From: Auanema rhodensis
Lineage: Eukaryota > Animalia > Nematoda
Direction of reading: 5' to 3'
Assembly (NCBI GenBank): GCA_964057225.1
Contig: OZ059898.1
Location: 19,964,001-20,028,000 of the forward strand
Length of the DNA: 64,000 nucleotides
The position numbers and the translations under genes were made by a program. This document shows positions 26,301 to 40,196 of the stretch, in pieces. The notes under the pieces were generated by a model. The model had not been told where the DNA came from, did not search any database, and saw only the letters and a list, made by a program, of their open reading frames with translations. The number at the start of each line of letters is the position of its first letter. The stretch's first letter is position 1.

Positions 26301-28269
26301 TTTCAAGGCAAAGACGATGGACGATGTTATTCAACAAAAAAATTAATTCTTCAGGGTGAAAATCGAGGATATAAGTGTGAACTTATATCAGTTGATATCT
26401 CGGTGCATTTTTAAGCTAGCGCAAATCTGATAACACAGATCGACGCAGCTTAAAAATCCGCATCGAATGCACTATACTACATTGAGAAACGCTTGATACA
26501 AAAATTAGTTACGATCGTTTGAAAATGATGCATTAGTGTATTTTGAGTTTCCATGTACACTCAACATTGCTTCCAAAACATTTTGACAAAAATTTTTCCG
26601 AAAAATTTCAAAATAATTTTGCAAAAAGTAGATGTTTTTAGATTTTTTTTTTCAAGGCAAAGACGATGGACAAGGTTATTCAACGAAAAAATTAATTCTT
26701 CAGGGTGAAAATCGAGGATATAAGTGTGAACTTATATCAGTTGATATCTCGGTGCATTTTTAAGCTAGCGCAAATCTGATAACACAGATCGATGCAGCTT
26801 AAAAATCCGCATCGAATGCACTATACTACATTGAGAAACGCTTGATACAAAAATTAGTTATGATCGTTTGAAAAATGATGCATTAGTGTATTTTGAGTTT
26901 CCATGTACACTCAACATTGCTTCCAAAAACATTTTGACAAAAATTTTTCCGAAAAATTTCAAAATAATTTCGCAAAAAGTAGATGTTTTTAGATTTTTTT
27001 TTTCAAGGCAAAGACGATGGACAAGGTTATTCAACGAAAAAATTGATTCTTCCGGGTGAAAATCGAGGATATAAGTGTGAACTTATATCAGTTGATATCT
27101 CAGTGCATTTTTCAGCTAGCGCAAATCTGATAACACAGATCGACGCAGCTTAAAAATCCGCATCGAATGCACTATACTACATTGAGAAACGCTTGATACA
27201 AAAATTAGTTATGATCGTTTGAAAAATGATGCATTAGTGTATTTTGAGTTTCCATGTACACTCAACATTGCTTCCAAAAACATTTTGACAAAATTTTTTT
27301 CGAAAAATTTCAAAATAATTTCGCAAACAGTAGATGTTTTTAGATTTTTTTTTTCAAGGCAAAGACGATGGACGATGTTATTCAACAAAAAAATTAATTC
27401 TTCAGGGTGAAAATCGAGGATATAAGTGTGAACTTATATCAGTTTATATCTCGGTGCATTTTCAAGCTAGCGCAAATCTAATAACACAGATCGACGCAGC
27501 TTAAAAATCCGCATCGAATGCACTATACTACATTGAGAAACGCTTGATACAAAAATTAGTTATGATCGTTTGAAAATGATGCATTAGTGTATTTTGAGTT
27601 TCCATGTACACTCAACATTGCTTCCAAAAACATTTTGACAAAAATTTTTCCGAAAAATTTCAAAATAATTTCGCAAAAAGTAGATGTTTTTAGATTTTTT
27701 TTTCAAGGCAAAGACGATGGACAAGGTTATTCAACGAAAAAATTAATTCTTCAGGGTGAAAATCGAGGATATAAGTGTGAACTTATATCAGTTTATATCT
27801 CGGTGCATTTTCAAGCTAGCGCAAATCTAATAACACAGATCGACGCAGCTTAAAAATCCGCATCGAATGCACTATACTACATTGAGAAACGCTTGATACA
27901 AAAATTAGTTATGATCGTTTGAAAAATGATGCATTAGTGTATTTTGAGTTTCCATGTACACTCAACATTGCTTCCAAAAACATTTTGACAAAATTTTTTT
28001 CGAAAAATTTCAAAATAATTTCGCAAACAGTAGATGTTTTTAGATTTTTTTTTTCAAGGCAAAGACGATGGACGATGTTATTCAACAAAAAAATTAATTC
28101 TTCAGGGTGAAAATCGAGGATATAAGTGTGAACTTATATCAGTTGATATCTCGGTGCATTTTTAAGCTAGCGCAAATCTGATAACACAGATCGACGCAGC
28201 TTAAAAATCCGCATCGAATGCACTATACTACATTGAGAAACGCTTGATACAAAAATTAGTTATGATCGT
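23367..28269. repeat. Transition zone with 4-mer (1401 bp) and 2-mer (700 bp) HORs
   Basis: CACCATACTAC occurs at ~23318 and ~24719. AAAAATGCGC occurs at 23651, 24351, 25052 and 25752. Monomers of 349 and 351 bp alternate. Confidence 0.8.
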
Positions 28270-30375
28270 TTGAAAAATGATGCATTAGTGTATTTTGAGT
28301 TTCCATGTACATTCAACATTGCTTCCAAAAATATTTTGACAAAAATTTTTCCGAAAAATTTCAAAATAATTTCGCAAAAAGTAGATGTTTTTAGATTTTT
28401 TTTTTCAAGGCAAAGACGATGGACAATGTTATTCAACAAAAAAATTAATTCTTCAGGGTGAAAATCGAGGATATAAGTGTGAACTTATATCAGTTGATAT
28501 CTCGGTGCATTTTTAAGCTAGCGCAAATCTGATAACACAGATCGACGCAGCTTGAAACTCCGCATCGAGTGCACTATACTACATTGAGAAACGCTTGATA
28601 CAAAAATTAGTTATGATCGTTTGAAAAATGATGCATTAGTGTATTTTGAGTTTCCATGTACATTCAACATTGCTTCCAAAAATATTTTGACAAAAATTTT
28701 TCCGAAAAATTTCAAAATAATTTCGCAAAAAGTAGATGTTTTTAGATTTTTTTTTTCAAGGCAAAGACGATGGACAAGGTTATTCAACGAAAAAATTAAT
28801 TCTTCAGGGTGAAAATCGAGGATATAAGTGTGAACTTATATCAGTTGATATCTCGGTGCATTTTTAAGCTAGCGCAAATCTGATAACACAGATCGACGCA
28901 GCTTAAAACTCCGCATCGAGTGCACTATACTACATTGAGAAACGCTTGATACAAAAATTAGTTATGATCGTTTGAAAAATGATGCATTAGTGTATTTTGA
29001 GTTTCCATGTACATTCAACATTGCTTCCAAAAATATTTTGACAAAAATTTTTCCGAAAAATTTCAAAATAATTTCGCAAAAAGTAGATGTTTTTAGATTT
29101 TTTTTTTCAAGGCAAAGACGATGGACAAGGTTATTCAACGAAAAAATTAATTCTTCAGGGTGAAAATCGAGGATATAAGTGTGAACTTATATCAGTTGAT
29201 ATCTCGGTGCATTTTTCAGCTAGCGCAAATCTGATAACACAGATCGACGCAGCTTAAAAATCCGCATCGAATGCACTATACTACATTGAGAAACGCTTGA
29301 TACAAAAATTAGTTATGATCGTTTGAAAAATGATGCATTAGTGTATTTTGAGTTTCCATGTACACTCAACATTGCTTCCAAAAACATTTTGACAAAAATT
29401 TTTCCGAAAAATTTCAAAATAATTTCGCAAAAAGTAGATGTTTTTAGATTTTTTTTTTCAAGGCAAAGACGATGGACAAGGTTATTCAACGAAAAAATTA
29501 ATTCTTCAGGGTGAAAATCGAGGATATAAGTGTGAACTTATATCAGTTGATATCTCGGTGCATTTTCAAGCTAGCGCAAATCTAATAACACAGATCGACG
29601 CAGCTTAAAAATCCGATTCGAATGCACTATACTAAATTGAGAAACGCTTGATACAAAAATTAGTTATGACCGTTTGAAAAATGATGCATTAGTGTATTTT
29701 GAGTTTCCATGTACACTCAACATTGCTTCCAAAAACATTTTGACAAAAATTTTTTCGAAAAATTTCAAAATAATTTCGCAAAAAGTAGATGTTTTTAGAT
29801 TTCTTTTTTCAAGGCAAAGACGATGGACAAGGTTATTCAACGAAAAAATTAATTCTTCAGGGTGAAAATCGAGAATATAAGTGTGAACTTATATCAGTTG
29901 ATATCTCGGTGCATTTTTCAGCTAGCGCAAATCTGATAACACAGATCGACGCAGCTTAAAAATCCGCATCGAATGCACTATACTACATTGAGAAACGCTT
30001 GATACAAAAATTAGTTATGATCGTTTGAAAAATGATGCATTAGTGTATTTTGAGTTTCCATGTACACTCAACATTGCTTCCAAAAACATTTTGACAAAAA
30101 TTTTTCCGAAAAATTTCAAAATAATTTCGCAAAAAGTAGATGTTTTTAGATTTTTTTTTTCAAGGCAAAGACGATGGACAAGGTTATTCAACGAAAACAT
30201 TAATTCTTCAGGGTGAAAATCGAGGATATAAGTGTGAACTTATATCAGTTGATATCTCGGTGCATTTTTAAGCTAGCGCAAATCTGATAACACAGATCGA
30301 TGCAGCTTAAAAATCCGCATCGAATGCACTATACTACATTGAGAAACGCTTGATACAAAAATTAGTTATGATCGT

Positions 30376-33300
30376 TTGAAAAATGATGCATTAGTGTATT
30401 TTGAGTTTCCATGTGCACTCAACATTGCTTCCAAAAACATTTTGACAAAAATTTTTCCGAAAAATTTCAAAATAATTTCGCAAAAAGTAGATGTTTTTCG
30501 ATTTTTTTTTTCAAGGCAAAGACGATGGACAATGTTATTCAACGAAAAATTTAATTCTTCAGGGTGAAAATCGAGGATATAAGTGTGAACTTATATCAGT
30601 TTATATCTCGGTGCATTTTTAAGCTAGCGCAAATCTGATAACACAGATCGATGCAGCTTAAAAATCCGCATCGAATGCACTATACTACATTGAGAAACGC
30701 TTGATACATAAATTAGTTATGATCGTTTGAAAAATGATGCATTAGTGTATTTTGAGTTTCCATGTGCACTCAACATTGCTTCCAAAAACATTTTGACAAA
30801 AATTTTTCCGAAAAATTTCAAAATAATTTCGCAAAAAGTAGATGTTTTTCGATTTTTTTTTTCAAGGCAAAGACGATGGACAATGTTATTCAACGAAAAA
30901 TTTAATTCTTCAGGGTGAAAATCGAGGATATAAGTGTGAACTTATATCAGTTGATATCTCGGTGCACTTTTAAGCTAGCGCAAATCTGATAACACAGATC
31001 GACGCAGCTTAAAAATCCGCATCGAATGCACTATACTACATTGAGAAACGCTTGATACAAAAATTAGTTATGATCGTTTGAAAAATGATGCATTAGTGTA
31101 TTTTGAGTTTCCATGTACACTCAACATTGCTTCCAAAACATTTTGACAAAAATTTTTTCGAAAAATTTCAAAATAATTTAGCAAAAAGTAGCTGTTTTTA
31201 GATTCCTTTTTTCAAGGCAAAAACGATGGACAATGTTATTCAACGAAAAAATTAATTCTTCAGGGTGAAAATCGAGGATATAAGTGTGAACTTATATCAG
31301 TTGATATCTCGGTGCACTTTTAAGCTAGCGCAAATCTGATAACACAGATCGACGCAGCTTAAAAATCCGCATCGAATGCACTATACTACATTGAGAAACG
31401 CTTGATACAAAAATTAGTTATGATCGTTTGAAAAATGATGCATTAGTGTATTTTGAGTTTCCATGTACACTCAACATTGCTTCCAAAAACATTTTGACAA
31501 AAATTTTTTCGAAAAATTTCAAAATAATTTCGCAAAAAGTAAATGTTTTTAGATTTTTTTTTTCAAGGCAAAGACGATGGACAATGTTATTCAACGAGAA
31601 AATTAATTCTTCAGGGTGAAAATCGAGGATATAAGTGTGAACTTATATCAGTTGATATCTCGGTGCACTTTTAAGCTAGCGCAAATCTGATAACACAGAT
31701 CGACGCAGCTTAAAAATCCGCATCGAATGCACTATACTACATTGAGAAACGCTTGATACAAAAAGTAGTTATGATCGTTTGAAAAATGATGCATTAGTGT
31801 ATTTTGAGTTTCCATGTACACTCAACATTGCTTCCAAAAACATTTTGACAAAAATTTTTTCGAAAAATTTCAAAATAATTTCGCAAAAAGTAAATGTTTT
31901 TAGATTTTTTTTTTCAAGGCAAAGACGATGGACAATGTTATTCAACAAAAAAATTAATTCTTCAGGGTGAAAATCGAGGATATAAGTGTGAACTTATATC
32001 AGTTGATATCTCGGTGCATTTTTAAGCTAGCGCAAATCTGATAACACAGATCGACGCAGCTTAAAACTCCGCATCGAGTGCACTATACTACATTGAGAAA
32101 CGCTTGATACAAAAATTAGTTATGATCGTTTGAAAAATGATGCATTAGTGTATTTTGAGTTTCCATGTACATTCAACATTGCTTCCAAAAATATTTTGAC
32201 AAAAATTTTTCCGAAAAATTTCAAAATAATTTCGCAAAAAGTAGATGTTTTTAGATTTTTTTTTTCAAGGCAAAGACGATGGACAAGGTTATTCAACGAA
32301 AAAATTAATTCTTCAGGGTGAAAATCGAGGATATAAGTGTGAACTTATATCAGTTGATATCTCGGTGCATTTTTAAGCTAGCGCAAATCTGATAACACAG
32401 ATCGACGCAGCTTAAAACTCCGCATCGAGTGCACTATACTACATTGAGAAACGCTTGATACAAAAATTAGTTATGATCGTTTGAAAAATGATGCATTAGT
32501 GTATTTTGAGTTTCCATGTACACTCAACATTGCTTCCAAAAACATTTTGACAAAAATTTTTCCGAAAAATTTCAAAATAATTTCGCAAAAAGTAGATGTT
32601 TTTAGATTTTTTTTTTCAAGGCAAAGACGATGGACAAGGTTATTCAACGAAAAAATTAATTCTTCAGGGTGAAAATCGAGGATATAAGTGTGAACTTATA
32701 TCAGTTGATATCTCGGTGCATTTTTAAGCTAGCGCAAATCTGATAACACAGATCGACGCAGCTTAAAACTCCGCATCGAGTGCACTATACTACATTGAGA
32801 AACGCTTGATACAAAAATTAGTTATGATCGTTTGAAAAATGATGCATTAGTGTATTTTGAGTTTCCATGTACATTCAACATTGCTTCCAAAATATTTTGA
32901 CAAAAATTTTTCCGAAAAATTTCAAAATAATTTCGCAAAAAGTAGATGTTTTTAGATTTTTTTTTTCAAGGCAAAGACGATGGACAAGGTTATTCAACGA
33001 AAACATTAATTCTTCAGGGTGAAAATCGAGGATATAAGTGTGAACTTATATCAGTTGATATCTCGGTGCATTTTTAAGCTAGCGCAAATCTGATAACACA
33101 GATCGATGCAGCTTAAAAATCCGCATCGAATGCACTATACTACATTGAGAAACGCTTGATACAAAAATTAGTTATGATCGTTTGAAAAATGATGCATTAG
33201 TGTATTTTGAGTTTCCATGTGCACTCAACATTGCTTCCAAAAACATTTTGACAAAAATTTTTCCGAAAAATTTCAAAATAATTTCGCAAAAAGTAGATGT

Positions 33301-35987
33301 TTTTCGATTTTTTTTTTCAAGGCAAAGACGATGGACAATGTTATTCAACGAAAAATTTAATTCTTCAGGGTGAAAATCGAGGATATAAGTGTGAACTTAT
33401 ATCAGTTTATATCTCGGTGCATTTTTAAGCTAGCGCAAATCTAATAACACAGATCGACGCAGCTTAAAAATCCGCATCGAATGCACTATACTAAATTGAG
33501 AAACGCTTGATACAAAAATTAGTTATGACCGTTTGAAAAATGATGCATTAGTGTATTTTGAGTTTCCATGTGCACTCAACATTGCTTCCAAAAACATTTT
33601 GACAAAAATTTTTCCGAAAAATTTCAAAATAATTTCGCAAAAAGTAGATGTTTTTCGATTTTTTTTTTCAAGGCAAAGACGATGGACAATGTTATTCAAC
33701 GAAAAATTTAATTCTTCAGGGTGAAAATCGAGGATATAAGTGTGAACTTATATCAGTTGATATCTCGGTGCACTTTTAAGCTAGCGCAAATCTGATAACA
33801 CAGATCGACGCAGCTTAAAAATTCGCATCGAATGCACTATACTACATTGAGAAACGCTTGATACAAAAATTAGTTATGATCGTTTGAAAAATGATGCATT
33901 AGTGTATTTTGAGTTTCCATGTACACTCAACATTGCTTCCAAAACATTTTGACAAAAATTTTTTCGAAAAATTTCAAAATAATTTAGCAAAAAGTAGCTG
34001 TTTTTAGATTCCTTTTTTCAAGGCAAAAACGATGGACAATGTTATTCAACGAAAAAATTAATTCTTCAGGGTGAAAATCGAGGATATAAGTGTGAACTTA
34101 TATCAGTTGATATCTCGGTGCACTTTTAAGCTAGCGCAAATCTGATAACACAGATCGACGCAGCTTAAAAATCCGCATCGAATGCACTATACTACATTGA
34201 GAAACGCTTGATACAAAAATTAGTTATGATCGTTTGAAAAATGATGCATTAGTGTATTTTGAGTTTCCATGTACACTCAACATTGCTTCCAAAAACATTT
34301 TGACAAAAATTTTTTCGAAAAATTTCAAAATAATTTCGCAAAAAGTAAATGTTTTTAGATTTTTTTTTTCAAGGCAAAGACGATGGACAATGTTATTCAA
34401 CGAGAAAATTAATTCTTCAGGGTGAAAATCGAGGATATAAGTGTGAACTTATATCAGTTGATATCTCGGTGCACTTTTAAGCTAGCGCAAATCTGATAAC
34501 ACAGATCGACGCAGCTTAAAAATCCGCATCGAATGCACTATACTACATTGAGAAACGCTTGATACAAAAAGTAGTTATGATCGTTTGAAAAATGATGCAT
34601 TAGTGTATTTTGAGTTTCCATGTACACTCAACATTGCTTCCAAAAACATTTTGACAAAAATTTTTTCGAAAAATTTCAAAATAATTTCGCAAAAAGTAAA
34701 TGTTTTTAGATTTTTTTTTTCAAGGCAAAGACGATGGACAATGTTATTCAACAAAAAAATTAATTCTTCAGGGTGAAAATCGAGGATATAAGTGTGAACT
34801 TATATCAGTTGATATCTCGGTGCATTTTTAAGCTAGCGCAAATCTGATAACACAGATCGACGCAGCTTAAAACTCCGCATCGAGTGCACTATACTACATT
34901 GAGAAACGCTTGATACAAAAATTAGTTATGATCGTTTGAAAAATGATGCATTAGTGTATTTTGAGTTTCCATGTACATTCAACATTGCTTCCAAAAATAT
35001 TTTGACAAAAATTTTTCCGAAAAATTTCAAAATAATTTCGCAAAAAGTAGATGTTTTTAGATTTTTTTTTTCAAGGCAAAGACGATGGACAAGGTTATTC
35101 AACGAAAAAATTAATTCTTCAGGGTGAAAATCGAGGATATAAGTGTGAACTTATATCAGTTGATATCTCGGTGCATTTTTCAGCTAGCGCAAATCTGATA
35201 ACACAGATCGACGCAGCTTAAAAATCCGCATCGAATGCACTATACTACATTGAGAAACGCTTGATACAAAAATTAGTTATGATCGTTTGAAAAATGATGC
35301 ATTAGTGTATTTTGAGTTTCCATGTACACTCAACATTGCTTCCAAAAACATTTTGACAAAAATTTTTCCGAAAAATTTCAAAATAATTTCGCAAAAAGTA
35401 GATGTTTTTAGATTTTTTTTTTCAAGGCAAAGACGATGGACAAGGTTATTCAACGAAAAAATTAATTCTTCAGGGTGAAAATCGAGGATATAAGTGTGAA
35501 CTTATATCAGTTGATATCTCGGTGCATTTTTAAGCTAGCGCAAATCTGATAACACAGATCGACGCAGCTTAAAACTCCGCATCGAGTGCACTATACTACA
35601 TTGAGAAACGCTTGATACAAAAATTAGTTATGATCGTTTGAAAAATGATGCATTAGTGTATTTTGAGTTTCCATGTACATTCAACATTGCTTCCAAAATA
35701 TTTTGACAAAAATGTTTCCGAAAAATTTCAAAATAATTTCGCAAAAAGTAGATGTTTTTAGATTTTTTTTTTCAAGGCAAAGACGATGGACAAGGTTATT
35801 CAACGAAAAAATTAATTCTTCAGGGTGAAAATCGAGGATATAAGTGTGAACTTATATCAGTTGATATCTCGGTGCATTTTCAAGCTAGCGCAAATCTAAT
35901 AACACAGATCGACGCAGCTTAAAAATCCGATTCGAATGCACTATATTAAATTGAGAAACGCTTGATACAAAAATTAGTTATGACCGT
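30376..35987. repeat. 8-monomer tandem duplication, period 2806 bp, with a partial third copy at ~36690-38440
   Basis: AAAAGTAGTT occurs at 31761 and 34567. AACGAGAAAATT occurs in monomers 31428 and 34234. The divergent monomer type is at 31078, 33884 and 37041. Confidence 0.85.
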
Positions 35988-38900
35988 TTGAAAAATGATG
36001 CATTAGTGTATTTTGAGTTTCCATGTACACTCAACATTGCTTCCAAAAACATTTTGACAAAAATTTTTTCGAAAAATTTCAAAATAATTTCGCAAAAAGT
36101 AGATGTTTTTAGATTTCTTTTTTCAAGGCAAAGACGATGGACAAGGTTATTCAACGAAAAAATTAATTCTTCAGGGTGAAAATCGAGGATATAAGTGTGA
36201 ACTTATATCAGTTGATATCTCGGTGCATTTTTCAGCTAGCGCAAATCTGATAACACAGATCGACGCAGCTTAAAAATCCGCATCGAATGCACTATACTAC
36301 ATTGAGAAACGCTTGATACAAAAATTAGTTATGATCGTTTGAAAAATGATGCATTAGTGTATTTTGAGTTTCCATGTACACTCAACATTGCTTCCAAAAA
36401 CATTTTGACAAAAATTTTTCCGAAAAATTTCAAAATAATTTCGCAAAAAGTAGATGTTTTTAGATTTTTTTTTTCAAGGCAAAGACGATGGACAAGGTTA
36501 TTCAACGAAAACATTAATTCTTCAGGGTGAAAATCGAGGATATAAGTGTGAACTTATATCAGTTGATATCTCGGTGCATTTTTGAGCTAGCGCAAATCTG
36601 ATAACACAGATCGATGCAGCTTAAAAATCCGCATCGAATGCACTATACTACATTGAGAAACGCTTGATACAAAAATTAGTTATGATCGTTTGAAAAATGA
36701 TGCATTAGTGTATTTTGAGTTTCCATGTGCACTCAACATTGCTTCCAAAAACATTTTGACAAAAATTTTTCCGAAAAATTTCAAAATAATTTCGCAAAAA
36801 GTAGATGTTTTTCGATTTTTTTTTTCAAGGCAAAGACGATGGACAATGTTATTCAACGAAAAATTTAATTCTTCAGGGTGAAAATCGAGGATATAAGTGT
36901 GAACTTATATCAGTTGATATCTCGGTGCACTTTTAAGCTAGCGCAAATCTGATAACACAGATCGACGCAGCTTAAAAATCCGCATCGAATGCACTATACT
37001 ACATTGAGAAACGCTTGATACAAAAATTAGTTATGATCGTTTGAAAAATGATGCATTAGTGTATTTTGAGTTTCCATGTACACTCAACATTGCTTCCAAA
37101 ACATTTTGACAAAAATTTTTTCGAAAAATTTCAAAATAATTTAGCAAAAAGTAGCTGTTTTTAGATTCCTTTTTTCAAGGCAAAAACGATGGACAATGTT
37201 ATTCAACGAAAAAATTAATTCTTCAGGGTGAAAATCGAGGATATAAGTGTGAACTTATATCAGTTGATATCTCGGTGCACTTTTAAGCTAGCGCAAATCT
37301 GATAACACAGATCGACGCAGCTTAAAAATCCGCATCGAATGCACTATACTACATTGAGAAACGCTTGATACAAAAAGTAGTTATGATCGTTTGAAAAATG
37401 ATGCATTAGTGTATTTTGAGTTTCCATGTACACTCAACATTGCTTCCAAAAACATTTTGACAAAAATTTTTTCGAAAAATTTCAAAATAATTTCGCAAAA
37501 AGTAAATGTTTTTAGATTTTTTTTTTCAAGGCAAAGACGATGGACAATGTTATTCAACGAAAAAATTAATTCTTCAGGGTGAAAATCGAGGATATAAGTG
37601 TGAACTTATATCAGTTGATATCTCGGTGCACTTTTAAGCTAGCGCAAATCTGATAACACAGATCGACGCAGCTTAAAAATCCGCATCGAATGCACTATAC
37701 TACATTGAGAAACGCTTGATACAAAAAGTAGTTATGATCGTTTGAAAAATGATGCATTAGTGTATTTTGAGTTTCCATGTACACTCAACATTGCTTCCAA
37801 AAACATTTTGACAAAAATTTTTTCGAAAAATTTCAAAATAATTTCGCAAAAAGTAAATGTTTTTAGATTTTTTTTTCAAGGCAAAGACGATGGACAATGT
37901 TATTCAACAAAAAAATTAATTCTTCAGGGTGAAAATCGAGGATATAAGTGTGAACTTATATCAGTTGATATCTCGGTGCATTTTTAAGCTAGCGCAAATC
38001 TGATAACACAGATCGACGCAGCTTAAAACTCCGCATCGAGTGCACTATACTACATTGAGAAACGCTTGATACAAAAATTAGTTATGATCGTTTGAAAAAT
38101 GATGCATTAGTGTATTTTGAGTTTCCATGTACATTCAACATTGCTTCCAAAAATATTTTGACAAAAATTTTTCCGAAAAATTTCAAAATAATTTCGCAAA
38201 AAGTAGATGTTTTTAGATTTTTTTTTTCAAGGCAAAGACGATGGACAAGGTTATTCAACGAAAAAATTAATTCTTCAAGGTGAAAATCGAGGATATAAGT
38301 GTGAACTTATATCAGTTGATATCTCGGTGCATTTTTCAGCTAGCGCAAATCTGATAACACAGATCGACGCAGCTTAAAAATCCGCATCGAATGCACTATA
38401 CTACATTGAGAAACGCTTGATACAAAAATTAGTTATGATCGTTTGAAAAATGATGCATTAGTGTATTTTGAGTTTCCATGTACACTCAACATTGCTTCCA
38501 AAAACATTTTGACAAAAATTTTTCCGAAAAATTTCAAAATAATTTCGCAAAAAGTAGATGTTTTTAGATTTTTTTTTCAAGGCAAAGACGATGGACAAGG
38601 TTATTCAACGAAAAAATTAATTCTTCAGGGTGAAAATCGAGGATATAAGTGTGAACTTATATCAGTTGATATCTCGGTGCATTTTCAAGCTAGCGCAAAT
38701 CTAATAACACAGATCGACGCAGCTTAAAAATCCGCATCGAATGCACTATACTAAATTGAGAAACGCTTGATACAAAAATTAGTTATGACCGTTTGAAAAA
38801 TGATGCATTAGTGTATTTTGAGTTTCCATGTACACTCAACATTGCTTCCAAAAACATTTTGACAAAAATTTTTTCGAAAAATTTCAAAATAATTTCGCAA

Positions 38901-40196
38901 AAAGTAGATGTTTTTAGATTTCTTTTTTCAAGGCAAAGACGATGGACAAGGTTATTCAACGAAAAAATTAATTCTTCAGGGTGAAAATCGAGGATATAAG
39001 TGTGAACTTATATCAGTTGATATCTCGGTGCATTTTTCAGCTAGCGCAAATCTGATAACACAGATCGACGCAGCTTAAAAATCCGCATCGAATGCACTAT
39101 ACTACATTGAGAAACGCTTGATACAAAAATTAGTTATGATCGTTTGAAAAATGATGCATTAGTGTATTTTGAGTTTCCATGTGCACTCAACATTGCTTCC
39201 AAAAACATTTTGACAAAAATTTTTCCGAAAAATTTCAAAATAATTTCGCAAAAAGTAAATGTTTTTAGATTTTTTTTTTCAAGGCAAAGACGAAGGACAA
39301 GGTTATTCAACGAAAAAATTAATTCTTCAGGGTGAAAATCGAGGATATAAGTGTGAACTTATATCAGTTGATATCTCGGTGCATTTTCAAGCTAGCGCAA
39401 ATCTAATAACACAGATCGACGCAGCTTAAAACTCCGCATCGAGTGCACTATACTACATTGAGAAACGCTTGATACAAAAATTAGTTATGATCGTTTGAAA
39501 AATGATGCATTAGTGTATTTTGAGTTTCCATGTGCACTCAACATTGCTTCCAAAAACATTTTGACAAAAATTTTTCCGAAAAATTTCAAAATAATTTCGC
39601 AAAAAGTAAATGTTTTTAGATTTTTTTTTTCAAGGCAAAGACGATGGACAAGGTTATTCAACGAAAAAATTAATTCTTCAGGGTGAAAATCGAGGATATA
39701 AGTGTGAACTTATATCAGTTGATATCTCGGTGCATTTTCAAGCTAGCGCAAATCTAATAACACAGATCGACGCAGCTTAAAACTCCGCATCGAGTGCACT
39801 ATACTACATTGAGAAACGCTTGATACAAAAATTAGTTATGATCGTTTGAAAAATGATGCATTAGTGTATTTTGAGTTTCCATGTACATTCAACATTGCTT
39901 CCAAAAATATTTTGACAAAAATTTTTCCGAAAAATTTCAAAATAATTTCGCAAAAAGTAGATGTTTTTAGATTTTTTTTTTCAAGGCAAAGACGATGGAC
40001 AAGGTTATTCAACGAAAAAATTAATTCTTCAGGGTGAAAATCGAGGATATAAGTGTGAACTTATATCAGTTGATATCTCGGTGCATTTTTCAGCTAGCGC
40101 AAATCTGATAACACAGATCGACGCAGCTTAAAAATCCGCATCGAATGCACTATACTACATTGAGAAACGCTTGATACAAAAATTAGTTATGATCGT

